Source of the DNA: Sandaracinaceae bacterium
GTDB lineage: Bacteria > Myxococcota_A > Polyangia > Polyangiales > Sandaracinaceae
DNA length: 18,198 nucleotides
Assembly (NCBI GenBank): GCA_044220955.1
Contig: JBGAQA010000118.1
Location: forward strand, 1 to 18,198
Direction of reading: 5' to 3'
The notes beneath the pieces were generated by a model, which did not search any database, had not been told where the DNA came from, and saw only the letters and a program-made list of their open reading frames with translations. Below, in pieces: positions 1 to 7,411 of the stretch (positions are counted from its first letter, which is position 1; each line of letters starts with the position of its first letter). The translations under genes were made by a program, and so were the position numbers.

Positions 1-28
1 AGCGACGAGTCGGAGCGAGGGGTGAGAC

Positions 29-75
29 GCATCCGGCTCCGCCGGTGCGGCGAGGGGCCCGCTCAGGGCCCCTGC
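29..75. repeat. REP-like double-hairpin palindromic element (may extend beyond the left window edge)
   Basis: GCA(T)CCGGC-TCC-GCCGGTGC at 29-48 and AGGGGCCC-GCTCA-GGGCCCCT at 53-73, directly downstream of the stop of the 80..655 gene. Confidence 0.5.
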
Positions 76-79
76 AAAC

Positions 80-655
80 TCAGTGGACGAGCATGCCCTG
101 CGAGTCGCGTCGTCGCTGCGGCGAGCGCACCACCGTGCCCGCCTCGGGCGTCGTCGCGTCCAGCCCGTCCGTGTTCAGCATCTCGGCGTCCTCGACCATC
201 GCGTCCTCGAGCGTCGTCGGACCGCCCTCGACCTCCTCGAAGATCTCGGCCTCGCCGCTCACGACGATCTCCGCCATGAGCTGGAAGCCCTCGCCCTCGC
301 CGTGCCAGTCCTGGCGCACGGTCGTCGTGTGCAGCTCCATCGTGGCGTTGTCGATCCACTGGTAGGTGACGAGCGACTGCGCGTCCGCGCCGTTCTCCCC
401 GGTCCCGAGCGCGAGGTTGGTGACCTCGGCGTCGCCGATCGCGATGTCGTGCCCCCAGCGCGCGTGGCTGCGGACGAAGGGGAGCCGGTAGTTGCGCGCA
501 CAGCGCTGCGACGCCAGGTCGATGCGATGCCAGCGGGCCTCGTCGTTGAACTGGTACACGATGTCGGCCAGCCGGTTCTCCGGCCGCAGGTTCTGCATCA
601 GCGTGCAGCCGCCGAGCACCAGGACGAGGAGGCCGGGAACGAGTCTTGCGCGCAT
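80..655 (-). CDS. hypothetical lipoprotein, 191 aa
   Basis: Lipoprotein signal MRARLVPGLLVLVLGG|C; normal amino-acid composition, unlike the overlapping Arg/Ala-rich shadow ORFs; acidic C-terminal tail. Confidence 0.8.
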   Translation of the reverse strand: MRARLVPGLLVLVLGGCTLMQNLRPENRLADIVYQFNDEARWHRIDLASQRCARNYRLPFVRSHARWGHDIAIGDAEVTNLALGTGENGADAQSLVTYQWIDNATMELHTTTVRQDWHGEGEGFQLMAEIVVSGEAEIFEEVEGGPTTLEDAMVEDAEMLNTDGLDATTPEAGTVVRSPQRRRDSQGMLVH

Positions 656-707
656 CCCCGGACCGTACGCGCGGCGTCCGATCGCTCCAAAAAAGGCGCG
701 ATCGCCC

Positions 708-2948
708 TCAGATCAAGGGCGACCGGGCGCAGTGGCTGTTGATGCAGGTCGCACCCAGCGTCACGTCGCAGCAGTCGGCGGCCGTCGTGCACGTCTCGAG
801 CTCGTGCGAGCAGCCGCCGGGCGGAGGCACGCAGCTCAAGACCGGAGTTCCGTCGGGCGCGGTGTCCGTCTGCCGGCAGAAGCCACCGCAGCAGTCGGCG
901 GCCGACTCGCAGCTCGCCCCGCCGGCGCGGCAGGGGTCGAGGGCCGCGAAACCGCGCATGTTGCCCGACTCGAGCTCCTGGCCCGAGAGATAGAACGCCG
1001 GGTGCGAGCGATCCGAGCCCGGCGCCCCGCTCAGGTCGATCGCCGCGACCCAGAGCTTCTTGCGGACGCTCGGGTGCTCTGCGCCCGCCGCGTCCGTCGT
1101 GCCCCACCGGTCGTCGCCGCCCGCCACCGTCCCGCCGGGCGCGATCGTGTTGCCGTAGGCGCGGCGGCTGGTGAAGACGACCCAGTAGTACCCGCCGATC
1201 GCGACCGGGAGCAGCGTCGGCTCGAAGTTCGAGTGCGCCTCCTCGGCCTCGCCGTAGGGGGGGTAGAATGCACCGCCGCGGTAGCCGTTGAGCGCGTCCA
1301 GCGCGGACACCATGCAGTTCTCGCCCGCCGCGTCGCAGCTCGTGAGATCCACCAGGCGCAGGTCCCCGTAGACCGGGTTGTTGGGGCGGCCCGCGCCCGC
1401 GCCCGTCGAGGTGTCGAACCCGGCCGACTCGCCGAAGATCACGCTCGTCCCGTCCGGCGTGAAGCTCGGCCACCCCGCGATGTGCGTCGCGTCGGTCGTG
1501 TACACGCGCCGCGGCGCACCGAACAGGGGCGGCGACATCGACCCATCGAAGGACATCACGGTGAGCACGCGCCCGTTGTTCACGCTCGGCGACTGGAACC
1601 AGCTGAACGCGAGCGCCGCCCCGTTCGGCGCGAACTGCGGCGTCACCGCGTACTGGATGGCGCTCGTGAAGCTCGGCGCCGGCACGAGGCCCCCCGTCGC
1701 CGCGTCGTAGATCTGCGAGGGCATCGCGCCCGAGAGCCCGCGGATCCGGTTGTCGGGCGGCACGGCGTTGCTGAGAACCCAGGCCCCGTCGGGCGTGAGC
1801 GCGCCGAACGAGTAGCGGCGCCCGTCGGGGTCGGTCCAGCGCGCGCTCGGCGTCCCGCTCGCGTCGAGGTCGATCGTCCCGCTCTGCGCGGGGTTGCCGG
1901 TGCCAGTGATCGTCGCCGTGCCGCTCCAGCTGAGGCCCGTCGCGATGCGCGCGCCGTTCGCGCTCACCGAGTGGCACACGGCGCAGCCGCCCTGCACGAG
2001 CTGCACGTCCTGACCGAAGCGCACGCGCAGGATCGCGCCTCCGCCGGCGAGGTGGGAGTTGTAGCTGTTGTAGTAGAGGCTCCCGGTCAGGGACCCTTGC
2101 GCGATCAGCCAGCTCTCGCTCACGGGCCCGGTGACGGCGCCCGCGCTCAGCTTCGAGACCGTGACGACCACGCGCTGCCCGGCGCCCGCGCTTCGCGTCG
2201 CTCCGGCCCACACGCTCGCGGGCAGCGTGATCTGGATCGGGGTCGCCGCGCCGAAGAAGCCCTCGTAGTGGTAGCCCGCGGCGTCGACGTCGATCCCGAC
2301 GCGCGTCGCGTCCGCGCTGCCCGCCAGCTGGAGCACGGGCGCCGCGAGCCCGCGGGGGAACACGGTGTCGTCGTAGGGATAGAGCCAGCGCAGGCTCGGG
2401 TCGGCGCTCCCGCCGGTGCGCAGCGACGCCATGTCCGCGGGCGAGACGGATCCCGGGTTGTCCGTCTGGTGCACGGTGACCGTCACGTCGGCGCTCGCCT
2501 CGAGCGCGCCGTAGCGCGCGGTGACGTGCGTGACGCCCGCGATGGTGCCGCGCGCCGTGTAGAGCCCCGTGGGCGAGAGCGTGCCGACCACGACGTCGTC
2601 GGCGATCCACGTCACGCCCGCACGCTCGACGCCGTCGAGCAGCGCGTGGAGCTGCAGCGTCATCGGCGTACCGCTCACGTCGAGCGTGGGGCTCGCCGGA
2701 TCGATCGTCAGCGTGGATGGCGAGTCGCCCCGGGGCGCGTCGACGGCAGGCGCGTCCGGCGCCGTGGCGTCGAGGGCTCCCGCGTCCGTCGGAGCGACGC
2801 AGAGCGAGTCCACGCAGATCCGGCCGCCGGTGCAGTCGGACGACGAGGTGCAGTGCCGCGTCGGCGTCGGCGCGCTGCCGCACTCGCACCCCGCGACCAG
2901 CGCGAGGGACGAGAAGAGAAGGAACGGAAGGAGGCGGAGGCGCGACAT
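708..2948 (-). CDS. large Cys-rich lipoprotein with Ig-like domain and TolB/PD40-like beta-propeller region, 746 aa
   Basis: C-terminal part of the 708..6689 ORF. Real start ATG at 2948: MSRLRLLPFLLFSSLALVAG|C lipobox; CTSSSDCTGGRICVDSLC motif; DAG/DAP linker; Ig-like segment (VTWIADD...GTLSPTGLYTA); PD40-like repeats (PQFAPNG, PSFTPDG); C-terminal C..CC..C repeats. Confidence 0.85.
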   Translation of the reverse strand: MSRLRLLPFLLFSSLALVAGCECGSAPTPTRHCTSSSDCTGGRICVDSLCVAPTDAGALDATAPDAPAVDAPRGDSPSTLTIDPASPTLDVSGTPMTLQLHALLDGVERAGVTWIADDVVVGTLSPTGLYTARGTIAGVTHVTARYGALEASADVTVTVHQTDNPGSVSPADMASLRTGGSADPSLRWLYPYDDTVFPRGLAAPVLQLAGSADATRVGIDVDAAGYHYEGFFGAATPIQITLPASVWAGATRSAGAGQRVVVTVSKLSAGAVTGPVSESWLIAQGSLTGSLYYNSYNSHLAGGGAILRVRFGQDVQLVQGGCAVCHSVSANGARIATGLSWSGTATITGTGNPAQSGTIDLDASGTPSARWTDPDGRRYSFGALTPDGAWVLSNAVPPDNRIRGLSGAMPSQIYDAATGGLVPAPSFTSAIQYAVTPQFAPNGAALAFSWFQSPSVNNGRVLTVMSFDGSMSPPLFGAPRRVYTTDATHIAGWPSFTPDGTSVIFGESAGFDTSTGAGAGRPNNPVYGDLRLVDLTSCDAAGENCMVSALDALNGYRGGAFYPPYGEAEEAHSNFEPTLLPVAIGGYYWVVFTSRRAYGNTIAPGGTVAGGDDRWGTTDAAGAEHPSVRKKLWVAAIDLSGAPGSDRSHPAFYLSGQELESGNMRGFAALDPCRAGGASCESAADCCGGFCRQTDTAPDGTPVLSCVPPPGGCSHELETCTTAADCCDVTLGATCINSHCARSPLI

Positions 2949-3102
2949 GCGCCCATCGTACGCCGGCCCGAGCGCTCCGCGGCACGCGACGGGCGCCTGG
3001 CCGCGACCGCTCCCGCGGATCCGCAGGGCCCGGTCCGCAGGGGCCCGTACACGCCCGGCACGAAGGACGTGCGCTTGGCTCACGGAGTGTGGCGGGATCG
3101 TC

Positions 3103-3131
3103 TTGACGCGGGGCTGGCGCGGATCGATTCT
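3103..3131 (+). promoter_or_regulatory. putative sigma70-type promoter of the beta-oxidation operon
   Basis: TTGACG (3103-3108), 17-nt spacer, GATTCT (3126-3131); Shine-Dalgarno AAGGAG at 3207-3212 before ATG 3219. Confidence 0.45.
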
Positions 3132-3218
3132 TTCGCGTCCGAAATATCGCCCCGCGAAACAATCCGGGCGTTCGCGGCACCCTTCCTGGGGCTGCAGAGA
3201 GAGAAAAAGGAGCGAGCG

Positions 3219-6200
3219 ATGAGCAAGGATCTCCGGTTCGACGGGAAGGTCGTGGTCGTCACGGGCGCGGGCAACGGTCTCGGGCGCTCTCACGCGCTCG
3301 AGTTCGGCAAGCGCGGCGCGAAGGTCGTCGTCAACGACCTCGGCGGCGCGTTCAACGGCGAGGGCAAGGGCTCCGCCGCCGCCGACAAGGTCGTCGACGA
3401 GATCAAGGCCGCAGGCGGCCAGGCGGTCGCGAACTACGACTCGGTCGAGGACGGCGACAAGATCGTCAAGACCGCCGTCGACGCGTTCGGTCGCATCGAC
3501 GTGCTCGTGAACAACGCCGGCATCCTGCGCGACGTGTCCTTCCAGAAGATGACCGAGGCCGACTGGGACCTCGTCTACCGCGTGCACGTGAAGGGCGCCT
3601 TCAAGTGCAGCTACGCGGCGTGGCCGATCATGCGCGAGCAGAAGTACGGGCGCATCATCATGACGTCGTCGGCCGCGGGCATCTACGGCAACTTCGGCCA
3701 GGCGAACTACTCGATGGCCAAGCTCGGCCTCTACGGCTTCGGCAGCACGCTCGCGATCGAGGGCAAGAAGAACAACGTCGTCGTGAACACGATCGCGCCG
3801 ATCGCCGGCTCGCGCATGACCGAGACGGTGCTCCCGCCGAACCTGCTCGAGGCGCTCAAGGTCGAGTACGTGACGTCGCTCGTCGTCAAGCTCTGCCACG
3901 AGAGCCACGAGGACGGCGGCGGCCTCTACGAGGTGGGCGGCGGCTTCTACTCCAAGCTCCGCTGGGAGCGCACGAAGGGGAAGATGTTCCGCCTCGGCCG
4001 CGCGGTGACGGCCGAGGACGTGAACGACTCGTGGGGCGACGTGACGAACTTCGCCGAGACGACGCACCCGCAGAACATCAACGCGTCCATGGAGCCGATC
4101 ATGGACAACGTGAACGCCGGCCCGAGCAAGGGCGGCAACCAGTACGTCGATGTCGACGCGGCGCTCGGCTACCAGTTCCCCGACATGCAGTCGAAGTACG
4201 ACGAGCGTGACCTCTCGATCTACGCGCTCGGCATCGGCGCGGCGGAGGACCCGCAGGGCGCGGACCTGCGGCTCGTGTACGAGATGCACGGCGAGGGCAT
4301 GGTCGCGGCACCGACCTACGGCGTGATCCCGGCGCTCAACTGCATCCTCACGATGGGCAAGGAGGGCAAGCAGGCGCCCGGCCTGAAGTACGGGCTCGAT
4401 CGCGTGCTGCACGGCGAGCAGTACACGGAGATCGTGCGGCCGCTCCCGCTCAAGCAGAAGCTCACGCACAAGGCGCGCATCTCGCAGATCTGGGACAAGG
4501 GCAGCGAGGGCGGCAAGAAGGGCGGCGCGGTCATCGTCACCGCGATCGACACCTACGACGAGGACGGCAACCTGCTGATCAAGAACGAGGTCAGCACGTT
4601 CGCGAAGGGCTGCGGCGGCTGGGGCGGCGATCGCGGGCCGGACGAGAAGAACCTCAACGCGGCGCCGGACCGCGCGCCCGACAAGAGCGTCGAGCAGAAG
4701 ATCCACGCGAACCAGGCGCTGCTCTATCGGCTGTCTGGAGACTGGAACCCGCTGCACGCCGACCCCGGCTTCGCCAAGGCGTTCGGCTTCGCCCAGCCGA
4801 TCCTGCACGGCCTCTGCACGTTCGGCTACGCCGCGCGCCACGTGCTCAGCGCGTTCGCGCCGAACGGTGACTACCGCTTCTTCAAGAGCATCAAGGTGCG
4901 CTTCGCCGATCCGGTGCTGCCGGGCGAGACGATCGTCACCGAGATGTGGAAGGACGGGAAGAACAAGATCCTGTTCCGCGTGAAGAGCAAGGACCGCGAC
5001 AAGGTCGTGATCTCCAACGCGGCGATCGAGCTCTACGAGGAGATCCCGAAGGCCAAGGAGAAGCCGAAGGCGGCGGCCGCGGCCGCGAGCGGTGGCGGCG
5101 CGGCAGCCGGGCCGGTCGTGCCGAACAGCGCGGACGTGTTCGAGGGCATCAAGGCCTTCGTCGCGAAGAACGGCGCGGACGCCGTCGCGCAGGCCAAGAC
5201 GATCTTCGCGTTCAAGCTCAGCAATCCCGCGAGCGAGTGGACGCTCGACCTCAAGAACGGCAGCGGGCTCGTCGCGCAGGGCTCGCCCGTGCCGGCGGAG
5301 TGCACGTTCGAGATCAGCGATGCCGACTTCATGGACATGGTCAGCGGCAAGAGCGACCCGATGAAGCTCTTCACCACCGGCAAGCTGAAGATCAGCGGCA
5401 ACGTCATGGCGTCGCAGAAGCTCGGGCCCGTCCTCAAGAAGGTCGACCCGAACGACGTGATGGCGGCGGCGCAGAAGCGCGGCGGTGGCGCGGGCGCGGG
5501 CGGAGGCGGCGCGGCGGCGGCTCCGGCGGCGGCGGTCGATCTGACGCCGACGAGCGCGGACGTGTTCGAGGGCATCAAGGCCTTCGTCGCGAAGAACGGC
5601 GCGGACGCGGTCGCGCAGGCCAAGACCGTCTTCGCCTTCAAGCTCTCGAGCCCCGCGAGCGAGTGGACGCTCGACCTCAAGAACGGCAGCGGCATGGTCG
5701 CGCAGGGCTCGCCCGTGCCGGCCGAGTGCACGTTCGAGATCAGCGACGCCGACTTCATGGACATGGTCAGCGGCAAGAGCGACCCGATGAAGCTCTTCAC
5801 CACCGGCAAGCTGAAGATCGGCGGCAACGTGATGGCGTCGCAGAAGCTCGGGCCGGTCCTGAAGAAGGTCGACCCGAACGACGTGATGGCGGCGATCAAG
5901 AAGCGGACCGGCGGCGCGGCGGCGGCGGCGCCGGCGGCGGCCGCGGCGGCAGCCCCGGCGGCGGACGCGACGCCGACCAGCGCGGACGTCTTCGCGGGCA
6001 TCAAGGCCTTCCTGGGCAAGAGCGGCGCGGACGCGGTCGCCGCGGCCAAGACCGTCTTCCAGTTCAAGCTCAAGAGCCCGGACGCGGTCTGGACGCTCGA
6101 CCTCAAGAACGGCAGCGGCGCGGTGGCGCAGGGTGAGTCGGTCCCGGCCGAGTGCACGTTCGAGATCAGCGACGCGGACTTCATGGACATGGTCGCCGGC

Positions 6201-6728
6201 AAGGCCGACGCGATGAAGCTCTTCACGACCGGCAAGCTGAAGATCACCGGCAACGTGATGGCGTCGCAGAAGCTCGCGCCGGTGCTCAAGAAGGTCGACC
6301 CGAACGACGTGCTCGCGGCCATCAAGGCGCGCACGGGCGGGGGTGGCGCTCCGGCCGCGGCTCCGGCGGCGGCGGCATCGGCTCCGGCGGCGTCGAGCGG
6401 GCCGGCGAAGGCGACGGCGATCGTCGAGAAGATCGGCAAGCGCATCGCCGAGAACGCGGGCCTCGCGAAGGAGGTCGGCGCCATCGTCGAGCTCCGCGTG
6501 AAGGACCCCGACGGCGTCTGGACCATCGACCTGAAGAACGGCGGCGGCTCGGTCAAGAGCGGCAAGGCCGACAAGGCCGACATCACGCTGACGATCAGCG
6601 ACTCGGATCTGGCGGCGCTGGCCACCTCGAACGGGCAGCTGCAGAGCTTCTACCAGCACGGCAAGATCCGGGTCGATGGTGACGCGCACCTCGCTCCGCG
6701 CCTCGCGTTCCTCGGCAAGCTCGGTTGA
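3219..6728 (+). CDS. peroxisomal multifunctional enzyme type 2-like protein (3R-hydroxyacyl-CoA dehydrogenase SDR + enoyl-CoA hydratase 2 + four SCP2 domains), 1169 aa
   Basis: Start MSKDLRFDGK after AAGGAG; SDR motifs TGAGNGLG, NNAGILRD, YSMAK; hydratase-2 motif YRLSGDWNPLHADP...PILHGLCTFG; four SCP2-like units (WTLDLKNGSG...SDADF...GKLKI.GN). Confidence 0.93.
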   Translation: MSKDLRFDGKVVVVTGAGNGLGRSHALEFGKRGAKVVVNDLGGAFNGEGKGSAAADKVVDEIKAAGGQAVANYDSVEDGDKIVKTAVDAFGRIDVLVNNAGILRDVSFQKMTEADWDLVYRVHVKGAFKCSYAAWPIMREQKYGRIIMTSSAAGIYGNFGQANYSMAKLGLYGFGSTLAIEGKKNNVVVNTIAPIAGSRMTETVLPPNLLEALKVEYVTSLVVKLCHESHEDGGGLYEVGGGFYSKLRWERTKGKMFRLGRAVTAEDVNDSWGDVTNFAETTHPQNINASMEPIMDNVNAGPSKGGNQYVDVDAALGYQFPDMQSKYDERDLSIYALGIGAAEDPQGADLRLVYEMHGEGMVAAPTYGVIPALNCILTMGKEGKQAPGLKYGLDRVLHGEQYTEIVRPLPLKQKLTHKARISQIWDKGSEGGKKGGAVIVTAIDTYDEDGNLLIKNEVSTFAKGCGGWGGDRGPDEKNLNAAPDRAPDKSVEQKIHANQALLYRLSGDWNPLHADPGFAKAFGFAQPILHGLCTFGYAARHVLSAFAPNGDYRFFKSIKVRFADPVLPGETIVTEMWKDGKNKILFRVKSKDRDKVVISNAAIELYEEIPKAKEKPKAAAAAASGGGAAAGPVVPNSADVFEGIKAFVAKNGADAVAQAKTIFAFKLSNPASEWTLDLKNGSGLVAQGSPVPAECTFEISDADFMDMVSGKSDPMKLFTTGKLKISGNVMASQKLGPVLKKVDPNDVMAAAQKRGGGAGAGGGGAAAAPAAAVDLTPTSADVFEGIKAFVAKNGADAVAQAKTVFAFKLSSPASEWTLDLKNGSGMVAQGSPVPAECTFEISDADFMDMVSGKSDPMKLFTTGKLKIGGNVMASQKLGPVLKKVDPNDVMAAIKKRTGGAAAAAPAAAAAAAPAADATPTSADVFAGIKAFLGKSGADAVAAAKTVFQFKLKSPDAVWTLDLKNGSGAVAQGESVPAECTFEISDADFMDMVAGKADAMKLFTTGKLKITGNVMASQKLAPVLKKVDPNDVLAAIKARTGGGGAPAAAPAAAASAPAASSGPAKATAIVEKIGKRIAENAGLAKEVGAIVELRVKDPDGVWTIDLKNGGGSVKSGKADKADITLTISDSDLAALATSNGQLQSFYQHGKIRVDGDAHLAPRLAFLGKLG
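5127..6320 (+). repeat. intragenic tandem repeat, three highly similar SCP2-domain units with a 426-bp period
   Basis: AGCGCGGACGT(G/C)TTCG starts at 5127, 5553 and 5979; units 1 and 2 differ by only a few residues; a divergent fourth unit begins near 6411. Confidence 0.9.
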
Positions 6729-6753
6729 GGGTGGGTATAACCTCGGTCATACT
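6725..6753 (+). promoter_or_regulatory. putative toxin-antitoxin promoter with overlapping palindromic operator
   Basis: TTGAGG (6725-6730), 17-nt spacer, CATACT (6748-6753), 6 nt before ATG 6760; inverted repeat GTATAACC-TC-GGTCATAC (6735-6752, one mismatch). Confidence 0.6.
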
Positions 6754-6759
6754 CGGAGC

Positions 6760-7038
6760 ATGAAGACGGCAGTGTCGATCCCGGATCCGATCTTCGAGCG
6801 CGCAGACGCCCAGGCCAAGCGGCTCGGCGTCTCGCGCAGCGAGCTCTACGCGCGTGCGCTGGACGCGTACGCGAAGCGCGCCGACGACGCGTGGGTCACC
6901 CGCGCGTACGACGACGCGTACGGCGAGCCCGCTCGCTCGTCGCGCTACGGCGATCCCGACGACGACACGAGCGCGTTCGTACGGAGCGGCTCGCGGCGCG
7001 CCGCCAAGCTCCTCTCGAAGAGCGAGCGGCGGCGATGA
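6760..7038 (+). CDS. ribbon-helix-helix (CopG/ChpI-like) antitoxin, 92 aa
   Basis: MKTAVSIPDPIFERADAQAKRLGVSRSELYARAL is a typical RHH antitoxin N-terminus; stop overlaps the toxin start (ATGA 7035-7038). Confidence 0.85.
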   Translation: MKTAVSIPDPIFERADAQAKRLGVSRSELYARALDAYAKRADDAWVTRAYDDAYGEPARSSRYGDPDDDTSAFVRSGSRRAAKLLSKSERRR

Positions 7039-7409
7039 CCCGACGCGACCTCGAGCGCGGCGAGATCTGGTGGGCGAACCTCCCGCCGCCGCGCGGATCG
7101 GCCGCGGGCTATCCGCGACCGGTCCTCGTGGTGCAGCGAGATCGCATCAACCAGAGCGCCATCGACACGGTCCTCGTGACGCCGTTCACGACGAACCTCC
7201 GGCGGCAGGAGCTCCCGGGCAACGTGCTCGTGGGGACGCGTGGAACGGGGCTGCCCCACCCCTCGGTCGCGGTGGGCACCCACACGTTCGCGATTCCCAA
7301 GGACGATCTCGAGAAGCGGCTCGGCCGCGTCTCGACCGACGTGCAAGCGAAGGTGGACGTGGCCCTCGGCTACGTCCTCGGGCTAGAGGATGCAGCGAAC
7401 GGAGGATAG
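7035..7409 (+). CDS. PemK/MazF-family endoribonuclease toxin, 124 aa
   Basis: RGEIWWANL.P.RGS...RPVLVVQ.D..N.S...TVLV.P.TT...LPGNV...GL...S pattern; translationally coupled to the antitoxin. Confidence 0.88.
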   Translation: MTRRDLERGEIWWANLPPPRGSAAGYPRPVLVVQRDRINQSAIDTVLVTPFTTNLRRQELPGNVLVGTRGTGLPHPSVAVGTHTFAIPKDDLEKRLGRVSTDVQAKVDVALGYVLGLEDAANGG

Positions 7410-7411
7410 CC

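Noticed and set aside
679..704. CGATCGC/GCGATCG inverted repeat with an A6 run as a terminator
   Set aside because: The A/U run lies in the loop rather than after the stem; weak support
3020..3047. Short tandem duplication TCCGCAGGG(G)CCCG
   Set aside because: Only two imperfect GC-rich copies; could be chance or slippage, with no functional evidence
492..3218. 909-codon N-terminal extension of the 2078-aa plus-strand ORF
   Set aside because: Arg/Ala-rich antisense shadow of the minus-strand lipoprotein; the real gene starts at ATG 3219 with a Shine-Dalgarno
5127..6320. Regularly spaced repeats as a possible CRISPR or other non-coding array
   Set aside because: Units are about 340-bp in-frame coding domains; no short repeat-spacer structure and no cas genes in the window
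5033..6625. 530-aa minus-strand ORF with internal repeats
   Set aside because: Mirror of the SCP2 repeats; no independent protein features
2949..6689. Upstream part of the 1993-aa minus-strand ORF, suggesting a giant bidirectional overlap
   Set aside because: Antisense shadow of MFE-2; GC-rich codon bias removes stops on the opposite strand; the lipoprotein signal begins at 2948
6854..7411. Apparent N-terminal extension of the thiolase (578-aa ORF)
   Set aside because: Overlaps the TA genes in another frame with low-complexity sequence; the thiolase starts at 7412 after GGAGG
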